A stretch of DNA of 64,000 nt, from positions 64,001 through 128,000 of the forward strand of contig JAOPTT010000004.1 in assembly GCA_051531975.1 (NCBI GenBank). The letters run 5' to 3'. Below, in pieces: positions 41,633-51,861 of this stretch. The stretch is from Spirochaetaceae bacterium (GTDB lineage Bacteria > Spirochaetota > Spirochaetia > DSM-2461). The position numbers were made by a program, and so were the translations under genes. The notes under the pieces were generated by a model that saw nothing but the letters and a program-made list of their open reading frames with translations, did no database searches and was not told the origin of the DNA. Positions within the stretch are counted from its first letter, which is position 1. Every line of letters starts with the position of its first letter.

Positions 41633-42307
41633 GTGGAAAAAATAGATAAAATATTTACCATATTAGTTGAAGAGGTAAAAAAATATAAAGTTCCAGTTGT
41701 TGATTTAATAAAAGTTCAGACAGGATCAGCTTTTAAGATATTAATTGCCACTCTACTTTCAGCAAGATCAAATGATAGAACTACTGCTGAAGTATGTTCA
41801 AGACTTTTTAAAGAAGTTTCAAATGTAGATGACTTTGATAAATTTTCAGTCGATGAACTTGCAACATTGATCTTCCCTATCGGATTTTATAAAAACAAAG
41901 CAAACTTTTTAAAAAAAATGCCAAAAGTTCTAAATGAAAATTTTAACGGAATTATACCACATACAATTGATGAGCTAATAACTCTACCTGGTGTAGGTCG
42001 TAAAACAGCTAACTTAGTATTAGCTCAAGCATTTGAAATTCCAGCTATTTGTGTAGATGTGCACGTTCATAGAATTCTTAATCGTATAGATTATGTTAGA
42101 ACAAAAACACCATATGAAACAGAGATGAGACTTCGAAAGAAACTTCCAAAAAAGTACTGGTTAACAGTTAATACTATATTTGTAATGTTTGGGCAGTATC
42201 TTTGCCGACCTGTAAGTCCAAAATGCGAAATATGCCCTATTATTCATCTATGTAGTAGAAGACATCTAAAAAATAGATCTGATATAAAATCTATTCTCCA
42301 GTTTTAA
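41633..42307 (+). CDS. nth: endonuclease III
   Basis: Hh[17 protein letters not shown], 4Fe-4S motif C-x6-C-x2-C-x5-C. Confidence 0.93.
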   Translation: MEKIDKIFTILVEEVKKYKVPVVDLIKVQTGSAFKILIATLLSARSNDRTTAEVCSRLFKEVSNVDDFDKFSVDELATLIFPIGFYKNKANFLKKMPKVLNENFNGIIPHTIDELITLPGVGRKTANLVLAQAFEIPAICVDVHVHRILNRIDYVRTKTPYETEMRLRKKLPKKYWLTVNTIFVMFGQYLCRPVSPKCEICPIIHLCSRRHLKNRSDIKSILQF

Positions 42308-44138
42308 ACTTATTAAGCTCTACATTTATCTCTCTACTAACAACTGCTACTTGGTCAGAAATAGATTTTAGACCATTTAAAGATTCTGTTACTTCATGAA
42401 ACCCTATATTTACTTCAGTCATAGCTTCTTTTACAGTAGTGGATATATCTGCAACTTCGTTAATACTTGAATTTACAGAATCTGCACTGCTTCTCATATG
42501 ATCCGATTTATTTTGTACATCAGATGATATTTCACTTAAACTATCCATCGCCTCTAATATCTGTTTCCCACCTAGGTTTAATTCTGAGGTACTTGAAGAT
42601 ACTGCAGTTAGTGACTCTGAAACACCTTTAATATTATCATAAATTTTACCAAATGCTTCTCTTGTATTTATACCTGATTCCGATGCTTTCTCAAATTTAG
42701 AAATTATATCTTTAAGATTAGCGCTTATATCTTTACTACTTAAGGCTGACGCTTCTGCAAGTTTCCTAATTTCATCTGCAACAACTGCAAATCCTTTTCC
42801 TGCATCACCAGCATGTGCAGCCTCAATTGCCGCATTCATTGCAAGTAGATTAGTCTGGTCCGATATATTTTGGATTACTTCAGCCATATCATTTATATTG
42901 TAGATCGATGAGTTAATATCTTCTATAATATCTGTGGTTTCTGTAATCTGCTGGTCTCCCTCTCTTGCAGTCTCCTGAAGATTATTCATAACAACCTGGT
43001 TTTTATCAGTTAATCTAGAAACACTGGAAATAGATGCAATCATCTGAGTTATAGATGCTGTAGACTCTTCAACCATAGCCATCTGATCTGATATATGATT
43101 TGATAACTCATTTGTAAAGGATGATATCTCAGCAACTTTTTTACTAGAATTGATAATATTGTTATTTAATGTACCCATCTGACTATCAACTGAGTTTATG
43201 TTAGCTGATATTTCAACAGACGCAGTGGAAGTTTCTGTTGCAGTTGTTATAAGGTTCTCTTTTACATCCTCATTCCTAACTGAGTATCTTTTAATTCTAT
43301 TTAACGAGTCATTTAATGACGTTTGAAAAACATTCATATCTTGACTTAATTTACCAATTTCATCGCTGGATTTGACATTTATATCATTACTTAAGTCTCC
43401 AGTTGCCATAATTGAGAGGCTAGAACCGATATCTCTAACTGACTTTGCAATTTTCCCTGCGGATATAGAGGCTATAATTATTGAAAATATCAAAAGAATA
43501 CCAAAAAGGCTAAGAGTAACAGTATTACCGACTCTTTCAAAATACGCAGTCTTCTGGGATATTATTCCATACTGTTCTCTTAATATATCAACAGATATTT
43601 GTAATCCTAACTCTAAATTGAATAACTCTTTTTTTGCTTTTTTTGAATAAAATCGTAGTTTTGAAAGTTGTTTAGTATCTAACCCTCCAGCAGATTCTAA
43701 ACTATTAATTACGAACCTTTTATTACTACCCATTACATCCTTAACTACATCTAGTAGAGAATCGATACTTAAATTGAACTTTGATAATGCTGCTTCTTCA
43801 TAACCTTCTAAGTTAGCTACGTTTTCTAAGGCTTTTTTAATCTCATTATCTAATGTAGGTAATAATTTTATTTTTTTTAGCTGGGCAAATGCCTCACGTT
43901 TTTCAATTAAAGCGTTATCAAATACATCCCTATGGGCAACAACTTCTGTTGTATCATATAAGTATTTAAGAAGTTCAATATGCTCTTTGTTAAGGGTATC
44001 TTTAAATAACTGTAAATATTCTTTTTCTTTTTCAATAGTTTTAATATTCGATTGGAAACCGATATAAACACCCATGGAGATTGCCATTAATCCAAGTGCT
44101 GAGATTGTTAATACAAGTATTTTTGCTTTTATTTTCAT
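42291..44138 (-). CDS. methyl-accepting chemotaxis protein
   Basis: Two TM helices, HAMP (DEIG), [32 protein letters not shown]. Confidence 0.95.
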   Translation of the reverse strand: MKIKAKILVLTISALGLMAISMGVYIGFQSNIKTIEKEKEYLQLFKDTLNKEHIELLKYLYDTTEVVAHRDVFDNALIEKREAFAQLKKIKLLPTLDNEIKKALENVANLEGYEEAALSKFNLSIDSLLDVVKDVMGSNKRFVINSLESAGGLDTKQLSKLRFYSKKAKKELFNLELGLQISVDILREQYGIISQKTAYFERVGNTVTLSLFGILLIFSIIIASISAGKIAKSVRDIGSSLSIMATGDLSNDINVKSSDEIGKLSQDMNVFQTSLNDSLNRIKRYSVRNEDVKENLITTATETSTASVEISANINSVDSQMGTLNNNIINSSKKVAEISSFTNELSNHISDQMAMVEESTASITQMIASISSVSRLTDKNQVVMNNLQETAREGDQQITETTDIIEDINSSIYNINDMAEVIQNISDQTNLLAMNAAIEAAHAGDAGKGFAVVADEIRKLAEASALSSKDISANLKDIISKFEKASESGINTREAFGKIYDNIKGVSESLTAVSSSTSELNLGGKQILEAMDSLSEISSDVQNKSDHMRSSADSVNSSINEVADISTTVKEAMTEVNIGFHEVTESLNGLKSISDQVAVVSREINVELNKFKTGE

Positions 44139-44400
44139 TATGACTCCTATCTATAAAAATCATGAGTTTTTATTTTATTAGTACATAATGTAACCTGAAT
44201 TTTGCTATAAATCAACTTTAATCGACGATACAATTGGTACATAAATTTTGTATTTATCTTTAGGATTCATTACTTGGTATAAATTTTCCAAAAAATAAGT
44301 CAAAATACATTGAATAAGATAGTTATGTCGTCTTGTAAAAATAAAGATGTAAATATAACATGTTAAAGGTTTTAACCAAATTTATAATGAAGGTCGGGGA

Positions 44401-45231
44401 ATGATCAAAGTAAACAATCAAGAGCTAAGTAAAAATGAGTATCAGGGAGCATGTTATAACTACATGGCTCATACTAAGAAGCAAGAATTAACAGCAGAAG
44501 ATAAATTAATAGTTGCAAATCAACTTGTAGATACAAACTTATTATTAACAGAGGGTAAAAAAGCTGGATATGATCCTACAGCAGAAGATATTGAAGCTAA
44601 TTTTGAAACATTAGTATCTCAATTTCCTTCTCAGGAACAATTTGACAAAACACTACAAGAGATGGGAGATTCTATCGAAGTAGTTAAGGGTCGTCTTAAA
44701 GATGATATAATTCTTAAAAACTTCATCGAGGGTGAATTTTATAGTAAAATTACTATTGAAGAAGACCAGGTAAAGACATTTTACACTGAAAATGAACCAC
44801 GATTTACTAAGCCGTCTGAAGTTAAAGCTTCTCATATTTTAGTTAAAGAAGAAGATAAAATTAACGAGTTAAATACTAAAATTAAAGCTGGTGAATCATT
44901 TGAAGAACTAGCAAAAGAGAACTCTGAATGTCCTAGTGGTCAAAATGGTGGAGATTTAGGTTTTTTTGGTAAAGGGAAAATGGTCCCTGAATTTGAGACA
45001 ACAGCATTTGCAATGGGAGTTGGAGAAGTATCTGATCCATTCAAAACTGATTTTGGATTTCATATTCTTAAAGTAACTGATAAAACTGAGGGTGGTCAAC
45101 AAACTTTTGAACAAGTTTCAGATAGTATTAAACGACACCTAGAGCAGGTTCAAGCACAGGACGTTATATCTAAGAAGGTTGCTGAGTTAAGAGCTGATGC
45201 AACTATAGAGATAGACGAAGCGTCTCTTTAA
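44401..45231 (+). CDS. parvulin-type peptidyl-prolyl isomerase (PrsA/SurA-N-like), no signal peptide
   Basis: ASHILV, FEELA..SECPS...GGDLG.F..G.MVPEFE, T.FG.HI. Confidence 0.9.
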   Translation: MIKVNNQELSKNEYQGACYNYMAHTKKQELTAEDKLIVANQLVDTNLLLTEGKKAGYDPTAEDIEANFETLVSQFPSQEQFDKTLQEMGDSIEVVKGRLKDDIILKNFIEGEFYSKITIEEDQVKTFYTENEPRFTKPSEVKASHILVKEEDKINELNTKIKAGESFEELAKENSECPSGQNGGDLGFFGKGKMVPEFETTAFAMGVGEVSDPFKTDFGFHILKVTDKTEGGQQTFEQVSDSIKRHLEQVQAQDVISKKVAELRADATIEIDEASL

Positions 45232-45232
45232 A

Positions 45233-46684
45233 TTAAATAAAGAAAATCATGCTTAGAAAAAGTAATCCTAGTAAGATTTTTATATAAAAAAGTCTGGTTT
45301 TAAACCATTCTGCAAGTTTTTGGTTTGTAGTCCCTTTGTACACTGTTAAAAAAACAATTAACAGAGGGATTATAAAGCCAACATTATAAAGTGTAAGATA
45401 AAAATATGATGATAAGTTTCCTTCTATTTTTATGATATAGGCAATTATAGGTAGATAAACTTGTCCAGTACACGTAAGTTCAAATATTGTAACCATAACT
45501 CCAATAATTATTGTACCAATTATTAAACCTCTAGTTCTTGTGTTTTCTCTAATGACGCTATGTATTCTCTTTTTTAAACTTCTGGGAAGTTGGAGCTTCA
45601 TTTCAGTACTAACACCTTTCTTTACTAAATAAGCGTCGTAAAAGCTCATAATACCTAGTATAGAAAGAGCTAAAATTAGGATGTATTTTATAATTTCAGA
45701 TACAATAGGGAAAAAGTTTGCAGTTCTAATGATATTTAAGAACCCAAGTCCTACTAAATAATATGAGAAAAATATAGTAGCTGAGAATATAATTCCAATT
45801 TGTAGAATCTCTTTTTTCCCCCGGCCAATATAAAAAAGTGATGATATTAAGAAAAGCAGAGTAGTGAATGCACAAGGGTTAATACCATCTAATAGTCCTG
45901 CTAGGAATATCGGAATAGGTTTTAGATAATCTATACCATCAACATACCCCTCTTTTTGTTCCAATGTATTGTCACCATTTATTATTTGGGTAAACTGATC
46001 ACCTGAAACATCTTCTCCCTGTAAAACGTGACTATTATAGATTAGAACTGGAAACCCAGAGAGTGGAACATCTAGCTCTTTTAATCGGCTTTCTAAGTTC
46101 TCTAATTCTGAAGATTCTAAAACATTGTGTTTATTCACTGTTATAGTTTTATTAAGGTCTTTTTCTAACATAGGAACTGTATTATCAATAAACTCTTCGC
46201 ATGTTGTACAACCTGGAGAGTAGTAGATGTCAGTAATTAGCCATGTATCCATTAGATGTGTTGCCGATTCCAAATCTGCAATCTCTTTTTCTTTTTTTGC
46301 ACACTCAGGGCAACCTCCTGTTAAGGGCTTCTCTGGTGGAGCTGGAAGTTTTGCATATATTTTTATCTTTGATTTTTCACCATTAATATCAATTAAGGCA
46401 TGACGACTAATTTCATCGTAGCCTTCAGGTGTTAGAGAAAATGTTATCTGTTTTGTTTCTCCGGGGTTAATCGTCGTAGATATGGGAGAAACCACTAAGC
46501 AGTCACATAATGAGTATAGTGTGATTAAGATCTCTTCATCTTTTTTGTTTGTAAGTTCAAGAACAGTACTAACCTTTTCTAGATTAGGTAGATCTCCTAG
46601 ATAAATCTCCTCTGGGACCTCTAGAGAAAATAGGTACCCAGGGAGAATTAGGAGTAAAATTATTAGTTTAAGTGTTTTATACAC
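45233..46684 (-). CDS. exported Ig-like + thioredoxin/glutaredoxin-like + DsbD/CcdA-type membrane protein
   Basis: Signal peptide, LCDC, CPEC, PGCTTC, TM DGINPC and ELTCTG..Y motifs. Confidence 0.75.
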   Translation of the reverse strand: MYKTLKLIILLLILPGYLFSLEVPEEIYLGDLPNLEKVSTVLELTNKKDEEILITLYSLCDCLVVSPISTTINPGETKQITFSLTPEGYDEISRHALIDINGEKSKIKIYAKLPAPPEKPLTGGCPECAKKEKEIADLESATHLMDTWLITDIYYSPGCTTCEEFIDNTVPMLEKDLNKTITVNKHNVLESSELENLESRLKELDVPLSGFPVLIYNSHVLQGEDVSGDQFTQIINGDNTLEQKEGYVDGIDYLKPIPIFLAGLLDGINPCAFTTLLFLISSLFYIGRGKKEILQIGIIFSATIFFSYYLVGLGFLNIIRTANFFPIVSEIIKYILILALSILGIMSFYDAYLVKKGVSTEMKLQLPRSLKKRIHSVIRENTRTRGLIIGTIIIGVMVTIFELTCTGQVYLPIIAYIIKIEGNLSSYFYLTLYNVGFIIPLLIVFLTVYKGTTNQKLAEWFKTRLFYIKILLGLLFLSMIFFI

Positions 46685-47384
46685 CTAAGTAAGCTTTCCT
46701 TACATCGTCATTTTTAAGTAGGTTTTCACCTGTATCAGTTAGAGTTATCTTACCGTTAACAAGTACATAACCACGATCACAAATTTTAAGTGCTTGGTTT
46801 GCATTTTGTTCAACTAAGAAAACAGTAATATTATTTTCTTTGTTTACCTTTCTTATTATGTCAAAAATTTGCTTAACAATTAGTGGAGCTAAACCAAGTG
46901 AAGGTTCGTCTAACAATAGAAGTTTTGGCTCCATCATTAAAGCTCTAGATATTGTTAACATTTGTTGTTCACCACCAGATAAAGTACCACCTAGTTGGTG
47001 TCGTCTCTCTCCAAGTATTGGGAATAAGCTATACATAAATTCAATATCTTTTTTTATCTGCTTTTTATCTTTTCGTAAAAAAGCGCCTAGTTCTAGGTTT
47101 TCTAAAATAGTTAACCCAGGGAAAATTCTTCTTCCTTCTGGAGCTTGAGTTATTCCTAAGCTAACAATTTTATCTGGACTCATAGTTGTAAGTTCCTGAC
47201 CATCTAATGTTATTGAGCCTGATCTAGGTTTCTCTAATCCAGATATTGATAACAATGTTGTTGACTTCCCAGCTCCATTAGCTCCAATTAAAGAGATGAT
47301 CTCCCCTTGTTGTACCTCTAATGAGATTCCTTTTAGTGCATGGATATTTCCATAATAGGTGTTTATATTATCTATTTTTAACAT
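46677..47384 (-). CDS. livF: branched-chain amino acid ABC transporter ATPase
   Basis: GANGAGKS, PEGRRIF, LSGGEQQM, DEPSLGLAP, VEQN. Confidence 0.93.
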   Translation of the reverse strand: MLKIDNINTYYGNIHALKGISLEVQQGEIISLIGANGAGKSTTLLSISGLEKPRSGSITLDGQELTTMSPDKIVSLGITQAPEGRRIFPGLTILENLELGAFLRKDKKQIKKDIEFMYSLFPILGERRHQLGGTLSGGEQQMLTISRALMMEPKLLLLDEPSLGLAPLIVKQIFDIIRKVNKENNITVFLVEQNANQALKICDRGYVLVNGKITLTDTGENLLKNDDVRKAYLGV

Positions 47385-48169
47385 TAAAATTCCTCTCCTA
47401 GGTATGCTTTAATAACAGTTGGGTTATTCGCAGTCTCTTCCGGTGTTCCCTTAGCTATTAATTTTCCGTAGTCCATAACATAACACATATCAGATAGATT
47501 CATAACTAAATGCATATCGTGCTCAATAAGTAATACAGACAGATCATGTTCATGTTTTAATTTCTCAATAGTTCCAATTAAAGCGTGCGTTTCTTGTGGG
47601 TTCATTCCTGCAGCAGGCTCATCTAATAACAATAAGAATGGATCAGTTGCGAGTGCTCTTGCAATTTCTAATAGTCTTTGAGCTCCATAAGGTAGGTTGC
47701 AAGCAAACTCATTTGCAAACTGAGCTAAATCCATCTTTTTTAAGATTTCATAACTATCATGGATAATTCTCTGCTCTTCTTCTCTGGTTTTTTTGTTATT
47801 AAATAGTGCACCAAAAATACCAGCTTTTGTTACTGGATGTCGGCCGATCATAACATTTTCTAAAACTGTCATATTTTGAAATAACCGTATATTTTGGAAT
47901 GTTCTAGCTAATCCAAGTTCAGTTACTTTATTTGGTTTAAAACCATTAGCTCGAATTGTTTTTTTACCCGGAGGCATAATATTAATATCACCTGCTGTAG
48001 GTTCGTATACACCAGTTAAGCAGTTGAAAAAAGTTGTTTTACCTGCACCATTTGGCCCAATTAAAGCGGTGATTTCAGACTTATTTATTTCTAGGGATAC
48101 GTCATTTACAGCTTTTAAACCACCAAACTGCATTAGTAAGTTATTTATTTCTAATACTTTATTGCTCAC
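47384..48169 (-). CDS. livG: branched-chain amino acid ABC transporter ATPase
   Basis: FGGL.AV, GPNGAGKT, RTFQNIRLF, LPYG, DEPAAG, AYLG. Confidence 0.93.
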   Translation of the reverse strand: MSNKVLEINNLLMQFGGLKAVNDVSLEINKSEITALIGPNGAGKTTFFNCLTGVYEPTAGDINIMPPGKKTIRANGFKPNKVTELGLARTFQNIRLFQNMTVLENVMIGRHPVTKAGIFGALFNNKKTREEEQRIIHDSYEILKKMDLAQFANEFACNLPYGAQRLLEIARALATDPFLLLLDEPAAGMNPQETHALIGTIEKLKHEHDLSVLLIEHDMHLVMNLSDMCYVMDYGKLIAKGTPEETANNPTVIKAYLGEEF

Positions 48170-49376
48170 CGTCAGTATCTCCTTTTATTGTATATACTTT
48201 TCTAACATTTTGAATGATTCCACCTGGTCTAAATACCATCATGATTACTAAAAGGAAACCAAAAATTAACATTCTGTATTGTTGGAACTCTCTAAGGTAC
48301 TCAGGTAGTAAATTTAAAATTAAAGCTCCTAAAATAACACCTCTAACAGAACCTTTTCCACCTAATACAACAATACATAAAATCATAATTGAATGCATTA
48401 GTGTAAATGACTTAGGATCAATAAAACCAGTTTGAGATGCAAACAATACACCAGCTAACCCTGCAATAGAGGCGCTAATAATAAAAAGTGCCATTTTTGC
48501 TTTAGTCAGATCTATACCCATTGATTCTGAGGCTATATCATCTTCTCTCATTGCAACCCATGATCTACCCATTCTTGAGTTCTCGAGTCTCCAAACAACA
48601 AAAATAATAATTAATACTAACACTACAGCAATTAGATAAACATATCGAGTAGACCCAAAATAACCAAATGTATGTCCAAAAAGGGATGGTTTAGGAATAT
48701 TTGCAATTCCAGATGGGCCATTAGTTAACCAACCAAGGTTTTCTGTTAATATTCTTATTATTTCACCAAAACCTAACGTTACAATTGCTAAATAATCACC
48801 ATTTAATCTCAGTACTGGAAGTCCAATTAATGCACCAAACAGAGCACTAGCTAAACCACCTAATGGTAGAGCAATCCAAAATCCGACACCAAAATTCATG
48901 TTTAAAATAGCAAACGTATATGCGCCAACTCCAAAAAATGCTGCATAACCAAGGTTTAATAAACCACCTAAACCAACTACAATATTTAATCCAAGACCTA
49001 AAACAATGAATATTAGGGCCTTTGTAAAAATACGAGTTGTATATGGATCACTAATAAAAGGTATGATTATTATCATAATTAAGACTACAATTGGTAATCC
49101 TTTTGAAAAAAGTGGTTGTTTTTTTAAGTTAATATATTTTATACCTAACTTACTCTGATCAAATTTAAATGTAGTTCCAGCTCTTTGTCTCTCTTGTTGT
49201 AAAATCCATAAATAACTAATTCCAGCTATTACAGCTCCAACAACTAACATTAAAAGCCATCGCCAGGTAATTATTTTATCAATTGTATTTACTTTTAATA
49301 CTACAATAGGAAATGTTAATAACATTCCAAGAACAGCATTTATAAGTGATTTTTTTAATATTTCTAATTTACTCAT
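48159..49376 (-). CDS. livM: branched-chain amino acid ABC permease
   Basis: GLNIVVG..GLL.LG, RL.GDYLAIVTLGFGEI, VVLGG. Confidence 0.93.
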   Translation of the reverse strand: MSKLEILKKSLINAVLGMLLTFPIVVLKVNTIDKIITWRWLLMLVVGAVIAGISYLWILQQERQRAGTTFKFDQSKLGIKYINLKKQPLFSKGLPIVVLIMIIIIPFISDPYTTRIFTKALIFIVLGLGLNIVVGLGGLLNLGYAAFFGVGAYTFAILNMNFGVGFWIALPLGGLASALFGALIGLPVLRLNGDYLAIVTLGFGEIIRILTENLGWLTNGPSGIANIPKPSLFGHTFGYFGSTRYVYLIAVVLVLIIIFVVWRLENSRMGRSWVAMREDDIASESMGIDLTKAKMALFIISASIAGLAGVLFASQTGFIDPKSFTLMHSIMILCIVVLGGKGSVRGVILGALILNLLPEYLREFQQYRMLIFGFLLVIMMVFRPGGIIQNVRKVYTIKGDTDGEQ

Positions 49377-49377
49377 A

Positions 49378-50286
49378 TTACACCTTCTGCCTTTGTGATT
49401 TCCCTAAAAGACCAGCAGGTTTTAGAGTTAATATCAATATTAAAATTAAAAATGCAAACAGATCTTCGTAGTCACTAGAGATATAACCTGTACCAAAACT
49501 CTCAACTAATCCTAATACAAAAGCTCCTAGTACTGCACCTGCAATACTTCCAATACCACCTAATACAGCAGCAACAAATGCTTTTATACCAACTATAAAA
49601 CCTATATAGAAGTTTATTTGACCCATTTGAGAACTAATTAATACTCCACCAATTGCAGCTGCCGCTGAACCGATTAGGAATGTAATACTAATAACTTTAT
49701 TAATATCTATTCCTAAAAGCTGAGCCATCTTACTATCCTGAGAGGTTGCTCTCATGGCTTTTCCTGTTTTTGTAAATTTAACTAGAATTGTAAAACCTAT
49801 TAAAAATAGTGCGGTACATATATATATTAATACCTGAGCAGAACTCAGATAGTTTTCTACTGGTTTTAAAAATGCAAAATCTGGGATTAGATTTGGGAAT
49901 GATAAAAAATCTGATGTTTGAAATAGTAATACAAAGTTTTGTAAAAACATTGAAACACCAATTGCACTAATAAGTGCTGAAAGTCTCTGAGTTTTTCTTA
50001 AAGGTTTGTATGCGATTTTCTCTATTGTTACACCATATGCTGCTGAATAAATTATAGCAACTAAAGTTGCAACAACTAATGATAGGACAGGGTTAATACC
50101 AGCATAGCTCATTAAGCTTGCTACAATAAGACCTGTAAATGCTCCGAGCATGTAAAACTCGCCGTGTGCAAAGTTTATCAGTTTAATAATACCGTAAACC
50201 ATTGTGTATCCAAGGGCTATAAGTGCATATATACTACCCCTTGTTAAACCACTTAAAAGTAGCTTGAAAAAATATCCAATGTCCAT
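49378..50286 (-). CDS. livH: branched-chain amino acid ABC permease
   Basis: YALIALGYTMVYG...INFAHG, KAF.AAVLGGIG. Confidence 0.93.
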   Translation of the reverse strand: MDIGYFFKLLLSGLTRGSIYALIALGYTMVYGIIKLINFAHGEFYMLGAFTGLIVASLMSYAGINPVLSLVVATLVAIIYSAAYGVTIEKIAYKPLRKTQRLSALISAIGVSMFLQNFVLLFQTSDFLSFPNLIPDFAFLKPVENYLSSAQVLIYICTALFLIGFTILVKFTKTGKAMRATSQDSKMAQLLGIDINKVISITFLIGSAAAAIGGVLISSQMGQINFYIGFIVGIKAFVAAVLGGIGSIAGAVLGAFVLGLVESFGTGYISSDYEDLFAFLILILILTLKPAGLLGKSQRQKV

Positions 50287-50306
50287 TAGGACTCCTTTAT
50301 AAAAAG

Positions 50307-50332
50307 AAATCGGGGTTTATTAACCCCGATTT
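50307..50332 (-). terminator. intrinsic terminator-like or mRNA-stabilising hairpin between livK and livH
   Basis: Perfect 11-bp stem AAATCGGGGTT/AACCCCGATTT, 4-nt loop, followed by CTTTTT on the minus strand. Confidence 0.75.
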
Positions 50333-50337
50333 AGTTA

Positions 50338-51453
50338 TTATTTAACTTCTACATAAGCTCCGTTAACAACTTGGAAAGCGCTGAAACCAACACCTTCTGG
50401 GTTACCATTATCAGCAAAACTGATGTTACCTAAAGTAGTTTCAACAGTCATGTCTAACATTGCAGCTCTAACAGCTTCGTAGTCAGTAGTTCCAGCTTTT
50501 TCGATAGCTTTTAATAAAGACTCTATTGCAGCAGATGCATTTAAGAAGAATGTACCTGGTTGCTCACCATACTTAGCAACATGAGCAGTAATAGCTTCTT
50601 GAGCTAAAGCACTAGATGATGTATCTACAGGACCTGTAGCATAAACACCTTCAGCAAACTCACCAGCAACTTTGATAAATGTATTATCTTTTACACCATC
50701 ATCAGATAAGAAAGGCATATCCATGTTAGATTTTTTCATTTGAGTAACAAGCTTAGAAGCCTCTGGGTGATAACCACCCCAAATTACAGCGTCTGCATTT
50801 GTGCTACTAACTTTGTTTAATATAGCAGAATAATCTACAGCACCAGGAGTAATCCCTTCAAATAGTAGAACTTCAACTTTACCTTCAGCTTCTAGTAAAT
50901 CTTTTACAAATGTAGCAAAACCTTTACCGTAATCACCTTTATCGTGAAGTATAGCAACAGTTTTTAAACCTAATTTATTTATTAAATCAACTTCTACAGC
51001 AGCCTGTGCATCATCTGGTGCAATAGCTCTAAAGAAGTTAGGATACTCTCCATTAGTTAAATCTGGGTTAGTCGCAGATGGACTTATAGTAAGAATATTT
51101 GAATCTCGGTAGATACCTAAAGCAGCTTTTGTTGCACCACTACAGATATGACCAATAACACCAACAACTTTCTTACCTGTTAATTTAGCAGCAACATCAG
51201 CAGCAATACCTGCATCACATGCTTCATCTTCAACAAGGATTTCGATCTGTCGACCTAAAACTCCACCATTAGCATTCCATCTTTCAACAGCTATCTCTAC
51301 AGCTTTAACAGTTGGAAGTCCATAGGGTGCAAGGTCACCAGTGTGCGCTCCAGCTACACCAATAACGATAGAATCACTTTCAGAATTTGAACCAGCGCTC
51401 ATGTTAAATGCTACTAAAGCAAATAATAAAGCTAACAAACTTTTGATTTTCAT
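50338..51453 (-). CDS. livK: branched-chain amino acid ABC substrate-binding protein
   Basis: Signal peptide, N..GG.LG, GHICSG, SPSAT, D...YG.G; AAGGAG SD; first gene of liv operon. Confidence 0.88.
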   Translation of the reverse strand: MKIKSLLALLFALVAFNMSAGSNSESDSIVIGVAGAHTGDLAPYGLPTVKAVEIAVERWNANGGVLGRQIEILVEDEACDAGIAADVAAKLTGKKVVGVIGHICSGATKAALGIYRDSNILTISPSATNPDLTNGEYPNFFRAIAPDDAQAAVEVDLINKLGLKTVAILHDKGDYGKGFATFVKDLLEAEGKVEVLLFEGITPGAVDYSAILNKVSSTNADAVIWGGYHPEASKLVTQMKKSNMDMPFLSDDGVKDNTFIKVAGEFAEGVYATGPVDTSSSALAQEAITAHVAKYGEQPGTFFLNASAAIESLLKAIEKAGTTDYEAVRAAMLDMTVETTLGNISFADNGNPEGVGFSAFQVVNGAYVEVK

Positions 51454-51480
51454 ATTTTTCTCCTTAATAAATGCGTAAAA

Positions 51481-51545
51481 AAGGGCATTCAGAAGTATTT
51501 GGTACGATATACGTAATATCCTACTAAATTACTCTTAAAATCCTT
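51481..51545 (-). promoter_or_regulatory. long imperfect hairpin followed by U-tract in the liv operon leader
   Basis: Core GATAT-N5-ATATC extended by GTA/TAC, ATTT/AAAT, AGTA/TACT, AAGG/CCTT, then TTTTTT on the minus strand about 25 nt before the ATG. Confidence 0.4.
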
Positions 51546-51816
51546 AATCAATATTTAATTATTATATATTTTGATGTGAACTTTGAAAAGGAAAAAGTAT
51601 AAAAATGTCAAATCTGATTTGCTTGTTAACTAATATTGGCAGAACTATATTTGGAATTGCGTTGTTTTTGGCATAGTTAATTATGTTGTTTTAACTGATG
51701 TTACAATTAAAATGTGTAGGACTCTGGTTGGATTGAAATTAAATTTTGTTTTGGATCGGGTGTTAAGGGGGTTCGATATGCGTAATTGTTGTGACCTTGT
51801 TTTTTATTAGGGAAAG

Positions 51817-51854
51817 GCCTTATTTCAACTTATAATATACAGTTAAAATAAGGC
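51817..51854 (-). terminator. intrinsic terminator after trxB
   Basis: 14-bp stem GCCTTATTTTAACT/AGTTGAAATAAGGC (one G-U), 10-nt loop, starting 7 nt after the trxB stop. Confidence 0.7.
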
Positions 51855-51861
51855 TTAACTG

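Noticed and set aside
44219..44245. sigma28-like GTCGATTA upstream of the MCP gene on the minus strand
   Set aside because: The -35 position reads TTTA rather than TAAA; too weak to call
51645..51674. Minus-strand mini-ORF MPKTTQFQI as a liv leader peptide
   Set aside because: Not enriched in Leu/Ile/Val, no SD, and about 100 nt from the leader hairpin
51636..51685. Two TTGGCA sequences as possible sigma54 promoters
   Set aside because: No GC at the -12 position and no downstream gene on that strand
51767..51776. GGGGGTTCGA resembling a tRNA T-arm
   Set aside because: No complementary 3' T-stem, acceptor stem or cloverleaf around it
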